A stretch of 64,000 nt of DNA from a virus, in the IMG/VR virus record IMGVR_UViG_3300027908_000004; one strand, given 5' to 3'. Position numbers and translations under genes: made by a program. This document shows, piece after piece, positions 43,595 to 52,580 of the stretch; the first letter of the stretch is position 1, and each line of letters begins with the position of its first letter. The notes beneath the pieces are model-generated. The model had not been told where the DNA came from and made no database searches. It saw only the letters and a list, made by a program, of their open reading frames with translations.

Positions 43595-43818
43595 TTCTTG
43601 TCTTCAAAGAATTGAATTAGGCCAATTGCAACCGGCAGCACCTTTGCCAAGTCGGGATATGCCTTCTGGAGGAGCGGAGTGGCTTGCTTGATAAGTGGCT
43701 CAAGCTGTTTCCAGTCAGCTATCAACCGTTGAAACTCAGGGGTAAGGGCGTCCAAGCTATCAATGAGTTGATCCGGAACACCTTCTAGGCCTAAGCCCAT
43801 TCTAAGAAGACCCTTCAT
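43591..43818 (-). CDS. hypothetical protein (75 aa)
   Basis: ATG 43818 is preceded by ACAGGAGGCA. ATGA overlap with the endolysin stop. Confidence 0.5.
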   Translation of the reverse strand: MKGLLRMGLGLEGVPDQLIDSLDALTPEFQRLIADWKQLEPLIKQATPLLQKAYPDLAKVLPVAIGLIQFFEDKK

Positions 43819-44462
43819 GCTGCCTCCTGTGGGAATTTTATTGTGTCGTCCAAGGCCATCATTGTTGCCAGAAGTGGGGCACAACCTTCCTGCACGTCAA
43901 CGGCGGTGGCGCTGAATACCCCATCGGCAATGTACTTGCCACTGACATATTGGTCGCTCCCCGACCAAACATACGCACTTGGGATACCTCGGGCTGCGTA
44001 GCCAAGACCATTGTACTCCTCGAAGAGGGTCAGGGTGCCGCCTACAGTCCATGTTTGCCACTTCCCGGCAAAGGGAGCCGAGTTAAGCAAAACCTCAACA
44101 CAACAACGTGTCCACGGATCATTGCCGGGGGTTGTATCCCCCAGCTTGGGCAGGTACGGCCCCATGTTACGTGGAACGTGACGTGAGGGCTGGTTTAGAG
44201 GATCACCCTGACCTAGTTGCCTATCCCAATGGGGTGGGCCACCGTACTCCCTTTCAGAAACAATGGCTATAAACCACCACGGAACCGCATACGCACCCGC
44301 TATCTCAGAGAGCCTATCGGTGACACCTTGATAGCGAGCTTTGGCGTCTGGAGCCCCCAAACGCACTGCTGTTGCATGAAAGGCCGCGAGTTTGTCGGCC
44401 TTTACGTGCATGTTTGCCCAACGATGGGCATTCAGCGTCTCAAGGGTTAGGATGTTCGTCAT
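43815..44462 (-). CDS. lysozyme-family peptidoglycan hydrolase (endolysin candidate)
   Basis: The blocks VPWWFIAIVSEREYGG, FEEYNGLGYAARGIPSAYVWSGSDQY and GKYIADGVFSATAVDVQEG resemble, from memory, the COG5526-type lysozyme family common in alphaproteobacterial phages. Confidence 0.6.
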   Translation of the reverse strand: MTNILTLETLNAHRWANMHVKADKLAAFHATAVRLGAPDAKARYQGVTDRLSEIAGAYAVPWWFIAIVSEREYGGPPHWDRQLGQGDPLNQPSRHVPRNMGPYLPKLGDTTPGNDPWTRCCVEVLLNSAPFAGKWQTWTVGGTLTLFEEYNGLGYAARGIPSAYVWSGSDQYVSGKYIADGVFSATAVDVQEGCAPLLATMMALDDTIKFPQEAA

Positions 44463-44697
44463 TTTTTGGTTCAGGCTTCTTTTGATCAGTTAATTCCTTA
44501 ACTTGCGCAGTCAGTTTGGCAATTTGTTCCTTGGCTTCGGCCAGGTTGCCCTCACAAATAACTTGTGCGTTGAGGGCGGCGTTTCGTTGGAGCGCGATGC
44601 TCTCAATGTAATGGCTTGCGGGTGATTGTATCTTATCCTGGGCCACCACACTCGTAACTAGAAATAACGAACTCAACACAAACAAGACATAACGCAT
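44440..44697 (-). CDS. secreted coiled-coil protein (85 aa)
   Basis: Signal peptide MRYVLFVLSSLFLVTSVVAQ, then a heptad-like region AEAKEQIAKLTAQVKELTDQ. Confidence 0.5.
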   Translation of the reverse strand: MRYVLFVLSSLFLVTSVVAQDKIQSPASHYIESIALQRNAALNAQVICEGNLAEAKEQIAKLTAQVKELTDQKKPEPKNDEHPNP

Positions 44698-44711
44698 TTG
44701 CGTACTCCTTC

Positions 44712-46235
44712 TTACTGAATTCTGTGTCCGTAGATTGAACTGTCGGACGAAAGGCCTGACACGTTGAACTTGATCTTACCGCTGGTGCTGGTGATGTCTT
44801 TGCAACTAATTCTAATGTTGCCCGCTGGTGAGCTAATGTTCCCAGAGAGTGTCATGGTGAAGGTATCGCCAGCACCTATTGTGCTGGCCGCCGCGCTGGC
44901 AACCGCCGCGTTAGTTCCATCCCAGAGTTTGCAGTAGATGTTAGCTCCTGAGGAGGTGTCGGTGATGGTCACTGTTCCGTAAGCAGCCCACACACCAGAA
45001 GTGCCTTGAGCCATGCTCGGGCCATCAAAGTAATTTGACACATTGGAAAGTGAAACATCACCCCCTAATATGTTGCTGGAAGTCGTGAGACTCACGGCGA
45101 TCGTTACGGTGGTTGTTCCGGTCACCGATATGCCAGCGCCCGCACCGATGAACGCACTGGCCGTTGTGCAACCAAGCACCGCAGTAACGCTGTAAAGAAT
45201 ATCACCGTTGGGGCAAGTGCCGCCAATCGTGGTTGACCCCTGTGTGATGGACCCAGCCGAGCTACCCGCCTGCCACGAGGGAAGCCCGGTGTTGACCTGA
45301 AGAACCTGTCCACTTGTACCAATACCAAGTCGGGTCAGCACACCACTAGAATTGCGATAGTAAATGTCGCCCGTAGCATCAGAGCCCAACGTCATGGTGA
45401 CTCCGCCGAGTACGTCGGTGGTGGACGCTAGAGTTTTATTGGTCAGGGTTTGTGTTGCGGCGAGCGCTACCAACGTGTCGGTCACACCAGGGAATGTTAT
45501 CGTAGTGTTGCCGCCACCCGGAACCCATTGTTGCTTCACACCAGAGGCATTGTAGACGTTGAGTGCTGTCAGCCCGTTGCTTGAATTGGCGATGTTAACC
45601 GTGATGCCCAAGGTTGTAGCATTTGTATCGCCGATATTGATGACACTAGCGATGGAGCCACTGCTGGGCGGATTACCAATGTTAACTGTCGAGCCAAATA
45701 GATTGAGGATATCGCCACTTGGCGCGCTGTTACTGGTGGAGGCCACTGTGTTAGTAGAATTTGTGTTGGGGCCTCCATAATAATCCGGTGCAGTGAAGGA
45801 CGATGATGCGGTAACAGCACCTCCCAATCCTACCTTGAATTTGCTGCTGCTACCAACCTGAAGATCAAATAGGCTCGAGCCAGCTCCCACCGCTGTATTG
45901 GTTATGTTGGCAAAGAAGGAGGCACCGTCCACCACACCAGTGGTATTCAGAGTTCCAGATACAGACGGCCCAAGGATGGTGGTTCCGGACCCGGTGGTGG
46001 AACCACCCGTTAGGGTCAATGGGACGGTATTTGCCGCTGAATTAATGGTTAGGCTTGTCAGCGTAGTTTGGGCCAATATCTGCTGGATGGTGGCCCCGGT
46101 GGCTGGTTGCTGGGAACCATTAGGATTGCCCCAGACTTGGCCCGGCTGGAGCTGCCCCACAGATTGAGCCGAGGACGGCGAAATCAAGCCGCCCCACAAT
46201 AGGCCAATAAGAGCTAGTTTAAGGAGTACCCTCAT
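44712..46235 (-). CDS. Ser/Thr/Gly-rich fibre-like protein with signal-peptide-like N-terminus
   Basis: 507 aa with low-complexity beta-rich STGN composition. N-terminus MRVLLKLALIGLLWGGLISPSSAQS. ATGA overlap with the upstream fibre gene. Confidence 0.55.
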   Translation of the reverse strand: MRVLLKLALIGLLWGGLISPSSAQSVGQLQPGQVWGNPNGSQQPATGATIQQILAQTTLTSLTINSAANTVPLTLTGGSTTGSGTTILGPSVSGTLNTTGVVDGASFFANITNTAVGAGSSLFDLQVGSSSKFKVGLGGAVTASSSFTAPDYYGGPNTNSTNTVASTSNSAPSGDILNLFGSTVNIGNPPSSGSIASVINIGDTNATTLGITVNIANSSNGLTALNVYNASGVKQQWVPGGGNTTITFPGVTDTLVALAATQTLTNKTLASTTDVLGGVTMTLGSDATGDIYYRNSSGVLTRLGIGTSGQVLQVNTGLPSWQAGSSAGSITQGSTTIGGTCPNGDILYSVTAVLGCTTASAFIGAGAGISVTGTTTVTIAVSLTTSSNILGGDVSLSNVSNYFDGPSMAQGTSGVWAAYGTVTITDTSSGANIYCKLWDGTNAAVASAAASTIGAGDTFTMTLSGNISSPAGNIRISCKDITSTSGKIKFNVSGLSSDSSIYGHRIQ

Positions 46236-46660
46236 GGATGAAGTATCCAGCCACCCGTAACAGGAAAAAGATTATAGCCGCCGTATGCGACGTTTATCAC
46301 AATAGAGGTCAACCCCTCAATAGTATCACTGCCGTTTCTGGCTATCGTAATGTTATTGGTTTGGGCTGCCCCTGACGTATCCTTGATTGAGATGGGGTAA
46401 CCGCTTCTAGAAGAAGCTGCGGGCAAATTGATGGTAACGGCCCCCGAATAGTCTACCAACAACAGGGAGTCAGTTGAAACGGGCGCATAGGTGGCCGCCG
46501 CGACAGCCGTGCTCCCATAGAGCTGTTGTCCCAATAGGGTTAGAGCTGAAGACAGGTCAGTGAAGATAGAGTTCCAAATCGCCGAGCGAATAACTTCGCC
46601 TGGGCTGGCATTGGTGGCCCCAGTAGGTGGCGTGTACACCCCTCCCGCATTAAACCCCAT
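46232..46660 (-). CDS. tail-fibre-like protein (142 aa)
   Basis: The N-terminus GGVYTPPTGATNASPGEVIRSAIWNSIFTDLSSALT parallels the N-terminus of the adjacent collar-domain fibre. Confidence 0.55.
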   Translation of the reverse strand: MGFNAGGVYTPPTGATNASPGEVIRSAIWNSIFTDLSSALTLLGQQLYGSTAVAAATYAPVSTDSLLLVDYSGAVTINLPAASSRSGYPISIKDTSGAAQTNNITIARNGSDTIEGLTSIVINVAYGGYNLFPVTGGWILHP

Positions 46661-46662
46661 GC

Positions 46663-47550
46663 TTAAATCCCCGCATAAATAATTTTGCTCATCAAGATCG
46701 TGGGCTGCACGTTTCCATGAGGGTTGCCACCCGTATTGTTGGATGTGACATTGACCGACCCAATGGCGATGGTACCCGTAGCTGTTGGCGTTATGGCCCC
46801 GGTACCCGAAACTTGGGAACCGCCCGCCGTGGCACTCCCCGACGCATTTGGAGCTGACTGATTGCCCGTCACATTTACTGTTATCGCGGCGGTATTCGCT
46901 GCCGTAATGCCTGTTGGTATTTGCGACAAAGAAAGGGTTTCGGATTGACCGCCACCTTGGGCACCAAGCACGTCTGGGTTCGTGCCAAAATAGATAGATG
47001 TAAGGGTACCTTTTATCGTTCCGCCCATGTTATCTTGGCCACCAACAACGAGGCCGCGAAGATCGGGCAAGTTAAAGGTGGTTACCCCATCACCAGAACC
47101 GTAGGTAGTTCCTATGACGGCAAAAAGGGCCGAATAAGTGGTTCTGCTAACGGCTTGCCCATAGCAAAGATACCACTTTGAAGGTGCAGTTGATCCTGCA
47201 AAGTCAGACACGGTGCCCACTGGGATAACTAATGGCGTGGGGCCTTCAAAACCGTTGGAATCAATATAGGCAACTTGAGTGCCTTGGATAACAATGCCAA
47301 TCTGGCCTGTCCCGGCCCTAATAAATCCGGTATTGGTTTCGTTGGTGAAGGCAATCGATGGATTAATGGTAGAACCGTCAACGTTCCGCAACTGGCCCGT
47401 CATAGGAGCGGTACCGTTAACGGGAAGGGAGCCGGTCAGCGCGGAGGCAATGTCGCTCAAATCCCCATTCATGGCCACAGACGAGATCACCGTCCCTGTG
47501 ACGAATGGAGGGTTTGGCAAGCTATACACCCCTGAGCCGTTTCGAGGCAT
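46663..47550 (-). CDS. tail fibre protein with phage tail-collar domain
   Basis: Collar signature WYLCYGQAVSRTTYSALFAVIGTTYGSGDGVTTFNLPDLRG. N-terminal fibre motif NGSGVYSLPNPPFVTGTVISSVAMNGDLSDIASALT. Confidence 0.75.
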   Translation of the reverse strand: MPRNGSGVYSLPNPPFVTGTVISSVAMNGDLSDIASALTGSLPVNGTAPMTGQLRNVDGSTINPSIAFTNETNTGFIRAGTGQIGIVIQGTQVAYIDSNGFEGPTPLVIPVGTVSDFAGSTAPSKWYLCYGQAVSRTTYSALFAVIGTTYGSGDGVTTFNLPDLRGLVVGGQDNMGGTIKGTLTSIYFGTNPDVLGAQGGGQSETLSLSQIPTGITAANTAAITVNVTGNQSAPNASGSATAGGSQVSGTGAITPTATGTIAIGSVNVTSNNTGGNPHGNVQPTILMSKIIYAGI

Positions 47551-47580
47551 TCAATACAACCTGAGGTAAAGGAGTAAACC

Positions 47581-47841
47581 ATGTGGTACGCTTTACAGGT
47601 AACCGTCTTCTCGACAGTTACATATTACTACATCACGGAGATTGCTCCGGAAGCGCACGTCTGGCAAATCCTGGGATTTGCCTATCTTCTAACTTACCTA
47701 GTTACCAAAATACTCAGTGTTCTTCTAGACCTTGTTTTACTTCCCAGGCCCGGCAATGGCCGGATGCTGGGGAGAGGCAGCCAGCAAACGAACCAAAGTC
47801 GCCATATCCGGAGGGGCAGACGCCCCCCCTGGCCTCCATAA
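47581..47841 (+). CDS. small membrane protein on the opposite strand (uncertain)
   Basis: AAGGAG lies 6 nt upstream of ATG 47581. There are two hydrophobic segments. The last 105 nt overlap the 3' end of the minus-strand 578-aa gene. Confidence 0.4.
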   Translation: MWYALQVTVFSTVTYYYITEIAPEAHVWQILGFAYLLTYLVTKILSVLLDLVLLPRPGNGRMLGRGSQQTNQSRHIRRGRRPPWPP

Positions 47842-49473
47842 TTGGTTTTTCAGATAAGCTTGGGCGGCAGGGTGGGCCACAACACGCCCAGCGGCATCCC
47901 GGACAGCGTTAATAGCTGGTTCGGCCCCAAATAAACCACCTAGAAAACCTTCACCCGCACCAGCGAGGCCCGCAGGTGCCCCACCATAGTGATAACCGGC
48001 CCCTCCGTGCGCCAGCGAGTTGGCGACAGCCGAACCAATCTGAACAAGAGGTGACACATGGGTGTTTGGCTCTGGTAGTGGGGTCATTACCGATGCTGAA
48101 TTGGTGGCGTGTGACTCTAAATCACTTCCCCGAGGTGCCCTTCCAAAAACCTGATTGGGGGTAATGGTGTTTTGGTCGGCTTTTGCCGGGATATCCTTGA
48201 TAGTATGGTAATTTGAGTTTTGTTGATCCAATTCCCTCAAGCGCGCGGCCTCATCAGGCGGCATTGACCTTTGAAAAGCATCCTTCAAATCCTGACGGGC
48301 ACCGTAGAGGGCGGTTTCAACGTCAGAGGGGGCTGCCCCCTGTGCCGCAGCTTGGGCTTGCTTTTTGAGCACACCAAAGCGATCACCCGGCATGTCGGTT
48401 GGATGCAGCGGCGATCTACCTGTGGGGAAACCTGGAACCCCCCTATTGGGGCCAAGCCTTACATCCTCTTTAAAGTTGAAGAAAGGTTTTGAGGCCTCGT
48501 ACCCGGCATGGCTGGATAGATCCACGTAATCCTGTCTAAGCTTTTGATTAAGGAGCGCGTACTCCGCAGGTGACATGGTGTAAGCGTTCTGGAGCGCGTC
48601 CAACTGCGCTCCGGTCTGCTTCGCCTGTGCGAGACCTGGGGTATCAAACATGCCGTTCGATCCCGCTTGGCGCATAACCCCCTGCGTGTAGGCCGATGCC
48701 TGCCTGTCAGGAAGATCGGCCATACGGGGTGATCGTCCTTCCAAGGCGGCCACGCGGGGGCTCTGTGTTAGTTGACCAGCCGTACTTTCCTGAACTAACT
48801 CTGGATTTACGTTTTTCAAAGCATTGACGGTTGCAAGGCGCGCGTCTGTCATCGGCAGCGGCGTTACCCCACGCCTAGCCAGTGCTGGCAAGCCAGTTCC
48901 AGCCATTGCGCCAACACCCCGTGCAACATCTTCAGCTTTATCCGGTACCGCATCAGGGAATTTGGATTTTAGCCAAGCAGCGGCATTACCTAACCCCTCA
49001 GACCCAAAACCGGCCCCCACTGCCTTGGCAACGGTAGGGATTACCCCCTCACCGCCTGCTGCAAGAGCGGGTGCGGTTTCTAGCGCAGTTTGGACAATCC
49101 GACCCGGCCCCGTCTTGGCTTCATACATAGGCCCGGTGTAATTCTTCTCCACCATGCCTTTCATTTCGTCATAAGTTGGAAATGAGGTACCGAGCCCTAA
49201 ATCAGACTCATGGAATTTCTTGACTGCATCGGCAATGGGTTGTGGCGCTACCTTCTGAGCCGCCCAATTGACGCCTGCGCCAGCCAGATCACTGATGGAT
49301 CGGGGGGCAGTTAATAGGCCAATTGCACCACGCTCGAGGCTTGGAACTACTGTCTGGGCCACGTCAGCACTTGGTAAAACGGGGGGTTCCTTCTTTGCAG
49401 CCCAAGGCGCTTGAGGATGATTAGTGTCATCCTCAACTGGTTGCGCCCACGGTGCTTCTTGCAGTTCTGCCAT
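47737..49473 (-). CDS. structural-module protein (578 aa), function unknown
   Basis: Long ORF. ATGA-type junction with the upstream gene at 49473. Confidence 0.65.
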   Translation of the reverse strand: MAELQEAPWAQPVEDDTNHPQAPWAAKKEPPVLPSADVAQTVVPSLERGAIGLLTAPRSISDLAGAGVNWAAQKVAPQPIADAVKKFHESDLGLGTSFPTYDEMKGMVEKNYTGPMYEAKTGPGRIVQTALETAPALAAGGEGVIPTVAKAVGAGFGSEGLGNAAAWLKSKFPDAVPDKAEDVARGVGAMAGTGLPALARRGVTPLPMTDARLATVNALKNVNPELVQESTAGQLTQSPRVAALEGRSPRMADLPDRQASAYTQGVMRQAGSNGMFDTPGLAQAKQTGAQLDALQNAYTMSPAEYALLNQKLRQDYVDLSSHAGYEASKPFFNFKEDVRLGPNRGVPGFPTGRSPLHPTDMPGDRFGVLKKQAQAAAQGAAPSDVETALYGARQDLKDAFQRSMPPDEAARLRELDQQNSNYHTIKDIPAKADQNTITPNQVFGRAPRGSDLESHATNSASVMTPLPEPNTHVSPLVQIGSAVANSLAHGGAGYHYGGAPAGLAGAGEGFLGGLFGAEPAINAVRDAAGRVVAHPAAQAYLKNQLWRPGGASAPPDMATLVRLLAASPQHPAIAGPGK

Positions 49474-51563
49474 TAGGGCTTAGGCCCCCATTTGGTACCA
49501 TCCCAAACACCACGGACAGTTTTACCGTTCAGAGTGAAGTCCTTCTCTTCACCTACCTGAGTGCCGGGGGCAACCTCGGATTTAGTTGCTGGCGGTGCTT
49601 TCCCGCTTTGTGGTGTCCCAGCGTCAAATAACACCTTCTTGTAATTTTCCGCTTCTTCAGGTGTGGTGGTGGGGTTTTCATTGACAAATTTACGAGCCAA
49701 TTTGTCAAAGCCTGCATCAAGGCCCCGACGCGGCTCGACTTCGCCGTTCCGGTTAAGGTTTGCCTTTAGCAATACTTCCCCGGTCACAGGATTAACTACC
49801 TCATCACCAGCCTGATAGGCCTGCCCCATCTGGTCTATTCTATCTAACTGGGTTAACCCGCGCCTTGATATTTCAATAAGGGCTCGGTTAGCAGCGGGTG
49901 TGTTCGCGGCACTGGCGGTAGCCTGTTCCAACAGCCTGATCTCAGCCACACGAACCTGACCGAGACCACCTAGGGCAGTTTTCATATTATCAAGAATGCT
50001 GCCCGCGATAACTTTGCCGAAGGCTTCGTTGGGCGCGGCGGCATAGGCTGCATCCTTACCAAAAATGGATGGAAAAGCTGCCTTTAGTCTATTCCATGCC
50101 AATACCTCATTTGAACCAAGTCCTGAGTAGAAATTCGGATCCTTCATTAAGGCATCAGCAATGTTTAGATTGGGCATGAGTTTGCGGGCAGTCGTGGCCT
50201 GCGAACTCAATGTGTCGTATTTCTTCATTGCATTATCGACGCCCTTAACCCCAGCCTCTTTGTCTAAGGCATTCTGGCGTTCAAGGTCTTGGTAGCCAGT
50301 AATGCTATCCCAATCCTCCTGTGAGTAATCACTAGACGGCGGTTTGGTCCTGATTGCCTGTGCAAGCGGGTTTGTTTGGGCCATCACAGAATTGGCCGGT
50401 GCTTGCGGGGCTGCTTGTGCGGGCGGCGCGGCGGCCCCTACGCCAGCGGCGGGGTCAAGTGAGGCGACCCTGACAGGGGCAGCCGGAACCGCGCTGGGGG
50501 GCGCTGCCCCAGCCGCAAGTTGAGGCGGGACAACCGGCGTAGCCGGGGGTGCATCAGCGTTTTGGGCAACCGGATTAATTGCCGGTGCAACGGGGGGCGC
50601 AGCCTCACTACGAGGGCCGGGGGCTGGTGCCACGGCCCCCGGATTGACATTGATACCGGGGCCTCCTGGCACGGGCGATACAGTATACGGTGCCGGTTTT
50701 TCCAAGCCCCCAGGAAGCTTCTTGATGCCTGTCTGAAGGTCCGGAATAAATTGCTGACGTGTGGGATTAAGTGGGTCTATCACCACCTTCCCACCTGCAT
50801 AAGGCACCACAATGGGTTGGTTTTGCTGGTAGTATTGCTGCAAAACCTGGCTTTTAACTTCCTCAGAAGCCCATGGGTTGGCAAGCAGCCCCCGCACCTG
50901 TTCTTCGGTATGTTGGGGAACACGCTGCACCAGCTTAGGGTCCACATAAATTTGTCCTGTCATTGCAGGTTCTGGGACCCTGTTTTGACCAGAGGGCATA
51001 GGCGCAGCACCCCGCCCAGCCGCCACTTGAATATTCTCAGCCATTTGCGGATTGCCCTTAAGGGCCGCACTCATGGCTTGGACAATGGGGGGCTGGTTAT
51101 CAGTTGCAGCCAAACCAAGAGCTTTGTCCGCATCCACACCTTTGCGCCATGTTTCGGTTTCTTGAGGCAACATTCGGAATGGCTCTTCCTTAGAAGCGTC
51201 AGCTTCTTTAGATTGGCCATCATCTGATTTTTTGCGGCCCTCAGATGAAGGGCCTTCACTAAAAGACGGTGGTGTAACTGCCGAGGGTTGTGCCACTTGA
51301 GGAGTGGGCACGTTCCCTGTGTTTGGTGCAAATTGCTGGGCTGCTCTGGCCTGAAGGCCTGCGAGTTCAGCATTATTGGCTTGGTTCAGCGTGCTCCTGC
51401 CAAGGAGCGCATTGACCATGTTGCTAACACCCTGCGTCCAGCTCTGGACTTTAGGCTGTTGCTGGTTGCCATACAGAAGTGCCTTTGCATAATCCCGCTG
51501 CGCAGCAAGCTGTGCCGGGGTGGCATAGCCTTCTGGCGTTGAGAGTGTATCTTCAAGTGCCAT
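49473..51563 (-). CDS. structural-module protein (696 aa) with Pro/Ala-rich central region
   Basis: Long ORF. The central section has runs such as APAPGPRSEAAPPVAPAINPVAQNADAPPATPVVPPQLAAGAAPP. Confidence 0.65.
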   Translation of the reverse strand: MALEDTLSTPEGYATPAQLAAQRDYAKALLYGNQQQPKVQSWTQGVSNMVNALLGRSTLNQANNAELAGLQARAAQQFAPNTGNVPTPQVAQPSAVTPPSFSEGPSSEGRKKSDDGQSKEADASKEEPFRMLPQETETWRKGVDADKALGLAATDNQPPIVQAMSAALKGNPQMAENIQVAAGRGAAPMPSGQNRVPEPAMTGQIYVDPKLVQRVPQHTEEQVRGLLANPWASEEVKSQVLQQYYQQNQPIVVPYAGGKVVIDPLNPTRQQFIPDLQTGIKKLPGGLEKPAPYTVSPVPGGPGINVNPGAVAPAPGPRSEAAPPVAPAINPVAQNADAPPATPVVPPQLAAGAAPPSAVPAAPVRVASLDPAAGVGAAAPPAQAAPQAPANSVMAQTNPLAQAIRTKPPSSDYSQEDWDSITGYQDLERQNALDKEAGVKGVDNAMKKYDTLSSQATTARKLMPNLNIADALMKDPNFYSGLGSNEVLAWNRLKAAFPSIFGKDAAYAAAPNEAFGKVIAGSILDNMKTALGGLGQVRVAEIRLLEQATASAANTPAANRALIEISRRGLTQLDRIDQMGQAYQAGDEVVNPVTGEVLLKANLNRNGEVEPRRGLDAGFDKLARKFVNENPTTTPEEAENYKKVLFDAGTPQSGKAPPATKSEVAPGTQVGEEKDFTLNGKTVRGVWDGTKWGPKP

Positions 51564-51579
51564 TTGATTACCTCCTAAC

Positions 51580-52059
51580 CTAGATTATAAGCCCAGCAGG
51601 CTTATAATACGCATAAGGATCCGGATTTTGCAGAGCCTGAACCATTGGGTTTGCTCCATTCGGAGTGCCAGGTACCCCCCCCGGCGACGTTGTAGGGCTT
51701 GCAGGAAGTGAACCCAAACCACCCGTTAATGGACCAGGATCAGTTACCTGCATTGGCCCAATTGACTGTCCTGCGGTTGGTGTGTTGTCTCCTACACCGG
51801 GTGCTGGAGATTGTGGAGTTGTATTCGGTGCCATTTGAGCAGGGCTGCTCGCATAAGGATTTACCAACGGTGCATCCCCGCCAGATGGGGGTGGTGCCCC
51901 TACTGCCGAACCTTGACTTGGGGTTTGGGCAGGAGGAGCCGACCCACCCACACCGGATGCAGGGGTAGAAGTACCGGCTGCACCGCCAGTGCCCCAGTTG
52001 TTCCAACCCTGATCCCAGTTTTGCCAAGGATCCCCTTGAGCAGTTGGCGACGATCCCAT
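51580..52059 (-). CDS. Gly/Pro/Ser/Ala-rich low-complexity protein (159 aa)
   Basis: ORF track entry. Member of the low-complexity cluster. Ends with PMVQALQNPDPYAYYKPAGLII. Confidence 0.55.
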   Translation of the reverse strand: MGSSPTAQGDPWQNWDQGWNNWGTGGAAGTSTPASGVGGSAPPAQTPSQGSAVGAPPPSGGDAPLVNPYASSPAQMAPNTTPQSPAPGVGDNTPTAGQSIGPMQVTDPGPLTGGLGSLPASPTTSPGGVPGTPNGANPMVQALQNPDPYAYYKPAGLII

Positions 52060-52265
52060 TAACTACCTGCCATTGGGGCAGCGCCCCGCAATGCTTGCAA
52101 CACAGACGAAGGTTGTAACGCTAAACCACCCGGGCCTGTCATGATCTGACTGTCACCCGTTGACGAAGCCCCCGGTACAGCGGCTTCTAATGAAGCCATG
52201 GTAGGTTGTGCAGCCGGGGTCATGCTGACTGTAGAAGTATCAGTTGTAGTAGGTGACGAACTCAC
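52059..52265 (-). CDS. low-complexity protein (68 aa)
   Basis: ORF track entry. Ends with SSVLQALRGAAPMAGS. Confidence 0.45.
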   Translation of the reverse strand: MSSSPTTTDTSTVSMTPAAQPTMASLEAAVPGASSTGDSQIMTGPGGLALQPSSVLQALRGAAPMAGS

Positions 52266-52570
52266 TGACCGCTCGGAGGAATCTGCGAAAACAGAGCAGC
52301 TATGGCTGGATCTTGTGCACCGGGGGGCATTTGTTGCGCCCCAGGACCCATAGGCTGCATCGCTTGGCCCGGCATGGCCGGTTGCCCGCCTGCGGCCATC
52401 TGAGCGCCCAACCCACCAGTCATGTTCCCCGGAGCTGTAAGAGGGCTGGGGGGCATTGCCTGTGGCGTCGGGGCCACACCGCCTGCCGCGCCACTCTTGA
52501 TGGCCTGCAAAATTAGGGCATTTTGCAATGCTTGAGGGTCCTGCCCCATCGCTTGTGTTGTCGGATCCAT
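52262..52570 (-). CDS. Pro/Gln/Ala/Met/Gly-rich protein (102 aa)
   Basis: ORF track entry. Contains PQALQNALILQAIKSGAAGG. Confidence 0.5.
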   Translation of the reverse strand: MDPTTQAMGQDPQALQNALILQAIKSGAAGGVAPTPQAMPPSPLTAPGNMTGGLGAQMAAGGQPAMPGQAMQPMGPGAQQMPPGAQDPAIAALFSQIPPSGQ

Positions 52571-52580
52571 TTAGATCTCC

